From Phyllobates terribilis (taxonomy: Eukaryota), in the NCBI RefSeq assembly GCF_046119375.1, contig NW_027362761.1, forward strand, positions 396,304,001 through 396,368,000: DNA of 64,000 nt, in the 5' to 3' direction. Shown piece by piece: positions 38,301 to 47,800 of the stretch (position 1 is its first letter; every line of letters begins with the position of its first letter). The position numbers and the translations under genes were made by a program. Under the pieces are notes generated by a model. The model worked only from the letters and a program-made list of their open reading frames with translations, ran no database searches and was not told where the DNA came from.

Positions 38301-38760
38301 TACAGATTTTAAAGTTGCTCCAATTACACCTCTGGCTCCTCTGTTTTCATTCTTATCCCTGGGCTCCAGCACCGCCAGTTGGCGCTCGGAAGTGCCGTCT
38401 GCACAGTCAACACTTGCTGCGGTGTTATTGGGGTTCGGTAACGTCAGCTGTTCCCCTGCTGTGTTCACGGCAATTTCTCCTGCTCTGTCCATATTCACTG
38501 TGCTACTTATTTAAAACTTGCTCCAATTACACCTCTGGCTCCTCCGTTTTTAGTATTTACCCTGGGCTCCAATACCGCTAGTTGCTGCTCAGAAGTGCCG
38601 TCTGCACAGTCAACGCTTGCTCCAGTGTTATTGGGATTCAGTAACGTCAGCTGATCCCCAGCTGTGTGTCCGGCAAATTCTCCTGCTTTGTCCACATCCA
38701 CTGTAGTACGGATTTAAAACCTCCTCCAAATACACCTCTGGCTCTTCTGTTTTTAGTATT
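35310..38760. repeat. 203-bp satellite, about 17 monomers, with a 1421-bp (7-mer) higher-order repeat
   Basis: Identical ORF-track peptides at offsets of 1421 (35347/36768, 35550/36971, 35956/37377). Confidence 0.97.
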
Positions 38761-41700
38761 TACCCTGGGCTCCAGCACCGCCAGCTGGTTCTCGGCAGTT
38801 CCATTGGCTCTTGTACCTTCTGCTACCCATCCGGGTTCCAGTACCGTCAGCTGGTTCTCGGCAGTGTCTTTGGCACGGGTACTCCCTCCTGCCCAGCCTG
38901 GTTCCCGCACGCCAACTGTTTCCGGGTAGTGTCAACGTCACTTTGCCTCCAATGCGTTGTCCTGTCGTGTTGCGGTCGGGTTAGCCGACTCTATGGTGCC
39001 TGCAGTTTAGGTGACTCCTATGTGGGCTGCGGGATCTGGCAATGAAGGCTGGTTCCATAGTGCCAATAGGACAAGCACCCTCTGTAGGACTGTGGGTTTT
39101 GGTAACTGCGGCCGGCTCGCGGCCTTGAACTTTTTTTTTACATGGGTACCTTCTGCTACCCATCCGGGTTCCAGTACCGTCAGCTGGTTCTCGGCAGTGC
39201 CTTTGGATTAGGTGCCTCCTTCTCGGTATCCAAGTTCCACCAACGTCTGCTGGTCCTTGGTAGTGCTTTCTGGCACAGGTACCTCCTGCTTAGTAACCGA
39301 GTTCCAGTAACATCAGCTGGTCCTCGGTAGTTCCATTGGCTCTTGTACCTTCTGCTACCCATCCGGGTTCCAGTACCGTCAGCTGGTCCTCGGTAGTTCC
39401 ATTTGCTCTTGTATCTTCTGCTACCCATCCGGGTTCCAGTACCGTCAGCTGGTCCTCGGTAGTTCCATTTGCTCTTGTATCTTCTGCTACCCATCCGGGT
39501 TCCAGTACCGTCAGCTGGTTCTCGGCAGTGCCTTTGGATTAGGTGCCTCCTTCTCGGTATCCAAGTTCCACCAACGTCTGCTGGTCCTTGGTAGTGCTTT
39601 CTGGCACAGGAACCTCCTGCTTAGTAACCGAGTTCCAGTAACATCAGCTGGTCCTCGGTAGTTCCATTGGCTCTTGTACCTTCTGCTACTCATCCGGGTT
39701 CCAGTACCGTCAGCTGGTCCTCGGTAGTTCCATTTGCTCTTGTATCTTCTGCTACCCATCCGGGTTCCAGTACCGTCAGCTGGTTCTCGGCAGTGTCTTT
39801 GGCACGGGTACTCCCTCCTGCCCAGCCTGGTTCCAGCACGCCAGCTGTTTCCGGGTAGTGTCAACGTCACTTTGCCTCCAATGCGTTGTCCTGTCGTGTT
39901 GCGGTCGGGTTAGCCGACTCTATGGTGCCTGCAGTTTAGGTGACTCCTATGTGGGCTGCGGGATCTGGCAATGAAGGCTGGTTCCATAGTGCCAATAGGA
40001 CAAGCACCCTCTGTAGGACTGTGGGTTTTGGTAACTGCGGCCGGCTCGCGGCCTTGAACTTTTTTTTTACATGGGTACCTTCTGCTACCCATCCGGGTTC
40101 CAGTACCGTCAGCTGGTTCTCGGCAGTGCCTTTGGATTAGGTGCCTCCTTCTCGGTATCCAAGTTCCACCAACGTCTGCTGGTCCTTGGTAGTGCTTTCT
40201 GGCACAGGTACCTCCTGCTTAGTAACCGAGTTCCAGTAACATCAGCTGGTCCTCGGTAGTTCCATTGGCTCTTGTACCTTCTGCTACCCATCCGGGTTCC
40301 AGTACCGTCAGCTGGTCCTCGGTAGTTCCATTTGCTCTTGTATCTTCTGCTACCCATCCGGGTTCCAGTACCGTCAGCTGGTTCTCGGCAGTGTCTTTGG
40401 CACGGGTACTCCCTCCTGCCCAGCCTGGTTCCAGCACGCCAGCTGTTTCCGGGTAGTGTCAACGTCACTTTGCCTCCAATGCGTTGTCCTGTCGTGTTGC
40501 GGTCGGGTTAGCCGACTCTATGGTGCCTGCAGTTTAGGTGACTCCTATGTGGGCTGCGGGATCTGGCAATGAAGGCTGGTTCCATAGTGCCAATAGGACA
40601 AGCACCCTCTGTAGGACTGTGGATTTTGGTAACTGCGGCCGGCTCGCGGCCTTGAACTTTTTTTTTACATGGGTACCTTCTGCTACCCATCCGGGTTCCA
40701 GTACCGTCAGCTGGTTCTCGGCAGTGCCTTTGGATTAGGTGCCTCCTTCTCGGTATCCAAGTTCCACCAACGTCTGCTGGTCCTTGGTAGTGCTTTCTGG
40801 CACAGGTACCTCCTGCTTAGTAACCGAGTTCCAGTAACATCAGCTGGTCCTCGGTAGTTCCATTGGCTCTTGTACCTTCTGCTACCCATCCGGGTTCCAG
40901 TACCGTCAGCTGGTCCTCGGTAGTTCCATTTGCTCTTGTATCTTCTGCTACCCATCCGGGTTCCAGTACCGTCAGCTGGTCCTCGGTAGTTCCATTTGCT
41001 CTTGTATCTTCTGCTACCCATCCGGGTTCCAGTACCGTCAGCTGGTTCTCGGCAGTGCCTTTGGATTAGGTGCCTCCTTCTCGGTATCCAAGTTCCACCA
41101 ACGTCTGCTGGTCCTTGGTAGTGCTTTCTGGCACAGGTACCTCCTGCTTAGTAACCGAGTTCCAGTAACATCAGCTGGTCCTCGGTAGTTCCATTGGCTC
41201 TTGTACCTTCTGCTACCCATCCGGGTTCCAGTACCGTCAGCTGGTCCTCGGTAGTTCCATTTGCTCTTGTATCTTCTGCTACCCATCCGGGTTCCAGTAC
41301 CGTCAGCTGGTTCTCGACAGTGTCTTTGGCACGGGTACTCCCTCCTGCCCAGCCTGGTTCCAGCACGCCAGCTGTTTCCGGGTAGTGTCAACGTCACTTT
41401 GCCTCCAATGCGTTGTCCTGTCGTGTTGCGGTCGGGTTAGCCGACTCTATGGTGCCTGCAGTTTAGGTGACTCCTATGTGGGCTGCGGGATCTGGCAATG
41501 AAGGCTGGTTCCATAGTGCCAATAGGACAAGCACCCTCTGTAGGACTGTGGGTTTTGGTAACTGCGGCCGGCTCGCGGCCTTGAACTTTTTTTTTACATG
41601 GGTACCTTCTGCTACCCATCCGGGTTCCAGTACCGTCAGCTGGTTCTCGGCAGTGCCTTTGGATTAGGTGCCTCCTTCTCGGTATCCAAGTTCCACCAAC

Positions 41701-43070
41701 GTCTGCTGGTCCTTGGTAGTGCTTTCTGGCACAGGAACCTCCTGCTTAGTAACCGAGTTCCAGTAACATCAGCTGGTCCTCGGTAGTTCCATTGGCTCTT
41801 GTACCTTCTGCTACCCATCCGGGTTCCAGTACCGTCAGCTGGTCCTCGGTAGTTCCATTTGCTCTTGTATCTTCTGCTACCCATCCGGGTTCCAGTACCG
41901 TCAGCTGGTCCTCGGTAGTTCCATTTGCTCTTGTATCTTCTGCTACCCATCCGGGTTCCAGTACCGTCAGCTGGTTCTCGGCAGTGCCTTTGGATTAGGT
42001 GCCTCCTTCTCGGTATCCAAGTTCCACCAACGTCTGCTGGTCCTTGGTAGTGCTTTCTGGCACAGGTACCTCCTGCTTAGTAACCGAGTTCCAGTAACAT
42101 CAGCTGGTCCTCGGTAGTTCCATTGGCTCTTGTACCTTCTGCTACCCATCCGGGTTCCAGTACCGTCAGCTGGTCCTCGGTAGTTCCATTTGCTCTTGTA
42201 TCTTCTGCTACCCATCCGGGTTCCAGTAGCGTCAGCTGGTTCTCGGCAGTGTCTTTGGCACGGGTACTCCCTCCTGCCCAGCCTGGTTCCAGCACGCCAG
42301 CTGTTTCCGGGTAGTGTCAACGTCACTTTGCCTCCAATGCGTTGTCCTGTCGTGTTGCGGTCGGGTTAGCCGACTCTATGGTGCCTGCAGTTTAGGTGAC
42401 TCCTATGTGGGCTGCGGGATCTGGCAATGAAGGCTGGTTCCATAGTGCCAATAGGACAAGCACCCTCTGTAGGACTGTGGGTTTTGGTAACTGCGGCCGG
42501 CTCGCGGCCTTGAACTTTTTTTTTACATGGGTACCTTCTGCTACCCATCCGGGTTCCAGTACCGTCAGCTGGTTCTCGGCAGTGCCTTTGGATTAGGTGC
42601 CTCCTTCTCGGTATCCAAGTTCCACCAACGTCTGCTGGTCCTTGGTAGTGCTTTCTGGCACAGGTACCTCCTGCTTAGTAACCGAGTTCCAGTAACATCA
42701 GCTGGTCCTCGGTAGTTCCATTGGCTCTTGTACCTTCTGCTACCCATCCGGGTTCCAGTAACATCAGCTGGTCCTCGGTAGTTCCATTGGCTCTTGTACC
42801 TTCTGCTACCCATCCGGGTTCCAGTACCGTCAGCTGGTTCTCGGCAGTGCCTTTGGATTAGGTGCCTCCTTCTCGGTATCCAAGTTCCACCAACGTCTGC
42901 TGGTCCTTGGTAGTGCTTTCTGGCACAGGTACCTCCTGCTTAGTAACCGAGTTCCAGTAACATCAGCTGGTCCTCGGTAGTTCCATTGGCTCTTGTACCT
43001 TCTGCTATCCATCCGGGTTCCAGTACCGTCAGCTGGTCCTCGGTAGTTCCTCAGCTTTCTTGTACCTTCT
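38760..43070. repeat. Composite satellite: 63-bp subunits inside about 270-330-bp blocks inside 929/598-bp units
   Basis: Unique block recurs with offsets 929, 598, 929, 929 (ORF track 38981, 39910, 40508, 41437, 42366). Confidence 0.95.
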
Positions 43071-43124
43071 GCTACATTTCCAAGTTCAAGCTTTTTGAAA
43101 TGGTTCTTGGTAATCACTCTGGAT

Positions 43125-43960
43125 CTCCCTGACGAGGACCCTGAAGACGAGGACCCTGAAGACCAACCCTAAGAAGACGAGGACCCCGAAGACAATGACG
43201 CTGAAGATGAGGACCCTGAAGACCACCCCGAAGAAGACGAGGACCCTGAAGACCACCCCGAAGAAGACGAGGACCCTGAAGACCACCCCGAAGAAGACGA
43301 GGACCCCGAAGACGAGGACCCAGAAGACCAACCCGAAGAAGACGAGGACCCCGAAGACGAGGACCCCCGAAGACGACGACCCTGAAGACCACCCCGAAGA
43401 AGACCAAGAAGATGACCCTGAAGAAGTTGACCAAGAAGACAAAGAAGAGAAGACAAGCACCAAGATACAGAAAAACAAGAGACAGAAAACCAAGAAGCAG
43501 AAATACAAGAAGCTGCAGAACAAAAAGCGGAAGAACATTAAGCATAAGACTAAAAATCAGAGCAAAAGATAATATCTAAATTATAAGCAGAAGATGACTA
43601 AGCAGTGTATGGGGGTGAGTCCGTTCCTCCTCGTGGTGCCCCTGGAAAAGACCTGCTGCTGCAGGCCAAACTGAACGCGGACAAATCCTGTTGTAAATCT
43701 TTTGTGACGGGCAGAACGAAAGGTGTAATGTCCAACCTTTTATAGATAACAACTACAGGAATGCCTGTCACAAATAAGAATATGATGAAGAAGAAGAATA
43801 TGAAGAAGATGAAGAAGTAGAATATGAAGAATGTAAAAAAAAGAATAATACGAAGAAGGTGAAGAAGAAGAAGGTGAAGAAGAAGTGGATGAAAAAGATG
43901 CTGAGGATGATGAAGGAGAAAGTGTGGGAGAAGTAAAAAAGAAGGTGAAGAGCATGGAAG
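43125..43960 (+). repeat. GAAGAC/GAA-rich low-complexity region
   Basis: About 30-bp unit GAAGAAGACGAGGACCCTGAAGACCACCCC, then GAA-rich tracts. Confidence 0.85.
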
Positions 43961-44881
43961 TAGTGAAACATAAATATCTGACAAAATATAAAAATACTTA
44001 ACATAGTTAATATTTCCGTAACTCAGAACATAATAAAAAAATATTAATTCCTGCTATTCCATTTGACTGGGCTAAACCTCTATGCCTTTATTGTCTCCCC
44101 CACCTCCCCCAATACATTCTACATTATTCTTAGTTGTTTTCCTTCATGTAGAAATAACCTACAAGGAAAGAAAGGGTTTATTTTAATTCCGATATTTATG
44201 TCCCATTGACTTGCATTGGTTTCCGGTATCGGAATCGGCGATATCCGATACTTTTTCGGTATCGGTCCGATCCAATCCGATCCGATATTTCCCGATATCG
44301 GAAGGTATCGCTCAACACTAGTTGTAAGGTTAAATCCATTGAGTTCAACCTAATGCCTAATATTTTCAATCAAAGGATGTCACTTATCAACTACCAATGA
44401 CAGTGCAGGCTCCAGTTTCTATGCTGCATAATATAATCCGGCACCTCACCACCTGATGTTGCCACAAACATATGTTCCAACATATGCAATGGTAAATTCG
44501 ATCACATTTCAATTTTTCATCAGCCTGAGGCTCAGTCATACTGCTCCATCATAAATCCTGGTGGTCATTTTTCACCATTATAGAAACATTGCTCTTCTGG
44601 CAATGATCACAACTTTGTCTCAGGTGAAATATATGTTTTAAATAATATTGCAGGATCAAATTGAGAGTGTGTATCATGCAGTGAGCATGTGCTACTTTTC
44701 ATGGCAGCCATAATGTTTCCAGCGTTGTTATTTACCTGCTTGTGTTTGATTAGAAACCATCCTGTGAGACATTTGATACAATATTGTACTCTATTTTTGG
44801 TGAAAACAAGGAGATGTGCATTTTGGAGGTTATGGAGAAAGTTTATAAACATCACCTGCTGTGGATGTATTATCTCATCAC

Positions 44882-47800
44882 TAGAGATGAGCGGTGTTCG
44901 ACTAGAACTGTTCGCCAATCTCAAATTCGAGCTGTTTTGGGCGGTGTTCGAGTTGTTCGACGAACCCGAACGATTTGCAAAAAATTCGGCTGTTCGAGGT
45001 TATGTTCGATAACTGTTCGTACACCAAAAGCGTGTCCTGCATGGATTGTCTGCCACTCACTGTAATGCCACAGCCATGGTGGTTGTGGCATTACAGTGAT
45101 TGCCCAAATCGATGGGAACAGTGCCAACAGTGAAACATGAAAAGCCGGCAATTCAGCAGCGGCATACACCGGTACCCGACAATTTAGAACCGAAAGAATA
45201 GAGCATCACACATAGATTAGATAGATAGAAACATGTCAGCCACATATATACGAAGTACAGTGAAAGTGCTGGTTACTGTACTTGTCATTTAGCGTAAAGG
45301 ATTTATCAAAAAAAATAATAGTGTTTTCATGCACCGTCTCTTTAAAAAAGCCGGCCGGCAATTCAGCAGCGGTACCCGACAATTTATAACAGACAGAATA
45401 GAGCTTCACACATAGATTAGATAGATAGAAACATGTCAGTCACATATATATGAAGTACAGTGATAGTGTTGGTTACTGTACTTGTCATTTAGTATTAAAA
45501 TAAAGGATTTATTATTAAAAAAATTGGCGTGGGGTTCCCCTTAATTTTAGGCTCTAGCGGAGGTTAAGCAGACGGCTGGGGCAGATGTTTGAAGCCTGGG
45601 AAGGGGGTAATACCCACGGAGCTTCCCAGGCTACTAATATCAGCCCCCAGCTGAATACATAGCCTTTACTAGCTATTAAAATGGGGGACCCCCCAAAAAA
45701 AATGACGTGGGGTCCCCCCTAATTTAATAGCTAGCAAAGGCTAGGCAGACAGCTGGGGGCTGATATTAATAGCCCAGGAAGGGAGCCATGAATATTGGCC
45801 CCCTCCCAGGCTAGAAACACCAGCCGTCAGCCGCCCCAGAAATGGCGCATTCATAGGATGCGCCAATTCTGGCACTTAGCCTCGCTCTTCCACGCTGCCC
45901 TGGTGCGGTGGCAGGGGGTAATAGGGTTGGGGTTGATGTCAGCTTATAATGCCAGCTGACATCAAGCCCAGGTTAGTAATGGAGAGGCGTCTATAAGACA
46001 CCCCCATTACTAACCCCATAGTCAAAGTTAAAAAAAACACAAACACCCAGAATAAAGTCCTTTAATTGAAATAAAGACACAGTCCTTTATTGTTCTAAAT
46101 TAAACCATACTTACCGTCACGCCCATTCCAGCTGAAGCCAACGATCTCCTGCAATAAAAGAAAAATAATAAAGCAACCTCATCCTTACCTTTCCATGGTT
46201 CCCACGACAGCTTCAGCTCTGCTACATCGAGATGACAGGCTGGACCGCAGCAGAACGCTGCCATCCAGCCTCTCATCCCGCAGACACTGAGAAGCGCAGG
46301 CTTGCTTGCGCTGCTCAGCGTCTCTCTGTGACGACATCCAGATGAGCCGAGTTCATGTCCAATGAACTCGGCTCACCTCATGCACGTCACTGACAGCGTG
46401 GGAAAATTCTCAAGCTGAAGCGCTGAGTGCAGGAGAATTTTCCCACGCTGTCAGTGACGTGCATAAGGTGAGCTCATGTCCAATGAACTCAGCTCACCTC
46501 CTGCACGTCACTGACAGCGTGGGAGAATTCTCCTGCACTCAGCGCTTCAGTGTGAGAATTCTCCCACGCTGAAGCGCTGAGTGCAGGAGAATTTTCCCAC
46601 GCTGTCAGTGACGTGCATGAGGTGAGACGAGTTCATTGGACATTAACTCGGCTCATCTGGATGCCCTCACAGAGAGACACTGTGGAGCGCAAGCAAGCCT
46701 GCGCTTCTCAGTGTCTGCGGGATGACAGACTGGATGGCAGCGTTCTGCTGCGGTCCAGCCTGTCATCTCGATGTAGCAGAGCTGAAGCTGTCATGGGAAC
46801 CATGGAAAGGTAAGGATGATGTTGCTTTATTATTTTTCTTTTATTTCAGGAGATCGTTGGCTTCAGCTGGAATGGGCGTGATGGTAAGTATGGTTTAATT
46901 TAGAACAATAAAGAATTGTGTGTTTATTTCAATTAAAGGACTTTTTTCTGGGTGTTGTGTTTTTTTTAAATTCTTTACTAGAAATTCATGGTGGTCATGT
47001 CTAATATTGGCGTGACCCCATGAATTTCGGGCTTAGGGCCAGCTGATAATGCCAAGCTGGCCCTAACCCCTTTATTACCCAGTGAGCCACCGCATCAGGG
47101 CCCTGGATGAGTTGGGTACAGCGCCAGAAGATGGCGCTTCTATGAACGCGCCATTTTCCGGGGTGGCTGCGGACTGCAATTTGCAGCGGGGGTGGCCCAG
47201 AAAGCTTGGGCCTCCCTGCGCTGCGGATTCCAGCCCCCAGCTGCCTAGTTGTACCTGGCTGGACACAAAAACAGGGCGAAGCCCCACGTCAATTTTCTTT
47301 AAATTATTTCATGAAATAATTAAGAAAAAAGGGCTTCCCTATATTGCTGTGTCCGGCCAGGTACAAATAGGCAGCTGGTGGTTGGGGGCAGCCCGTTCCT
47401 GCCTGCTGTACCTGGCTGGACACAAATATAGTGCGAAGCCCCACGTCAATTTTTTTTAAATTATTTCATGAATTTCCTGAAATAATTTAAAAAAATTGAA
47501 GTGGGGCTTCGCACTATATTTGTGTCCAGCCAGGTACAGCAGGCAGGAACGGGCTGCCCCCATCCACCAGCTGCCTATTTGTACCTGGCCGGACACAACA
47601 ATATAGGGAAGCCCTTTTTTTCTTAATTATTTCATGAATTTCATGAAATAATTAAAAAAAAAGTACGTGGGGCTTCGCCCTATTTTTGTGTCCAGCCAGG
47701 TACAACTAGGCAGCTGGGGGCTGGAATCTGCAGCGCAGGGAGGCCCAAGCTTTCTGGGCCCCCCCCCGCTACAAATTGCAGTCCGCAGCCACCCCGGAAA

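Larger units (their letters stand above)
30045..44320 (+). mobile_element. Full-length autonomous hAT (Ac/ZBED-like) transposon, 14,276 bp
   Basis: TIR TAGTGTTGAGC at 30045 and GCTCAACACTA ending 44320; TSD GTTGTAAG at 30037-30044 and 44321-44328; CCGATA/TATCGG subterminal repeats; intact ORF. Confidence 0.97.

Noticed and set aside
38930-39140. Repeated block ending in a GC hairpin plus T9 as a Pol III RNA gene (Y/vault-like)
   Set aside because: No convincing A/B boxes and no 5'/3' terminal stem; an Infernal search would settle it.
35310-43070. Arrays as CRISPR-like repeat-spacer loci
   Set aside because: No unique spacers; whole monomers repeat; no cas genes; eukaryotic context.
35190-43117. 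Many repeated ORFs on both strands (e.g. QLAVLEPR, QLTVLEPG)
   Set aside because: Periods of 203, 598 and 929 bp are not multiples of 3, so frames break; these are tandem-repeat artefacts.
44689-45012. Hydrophobic ORF as a GPCR fragment
   Set aside because: It crosses an insertion junction and has no conserved 7TM motifs.
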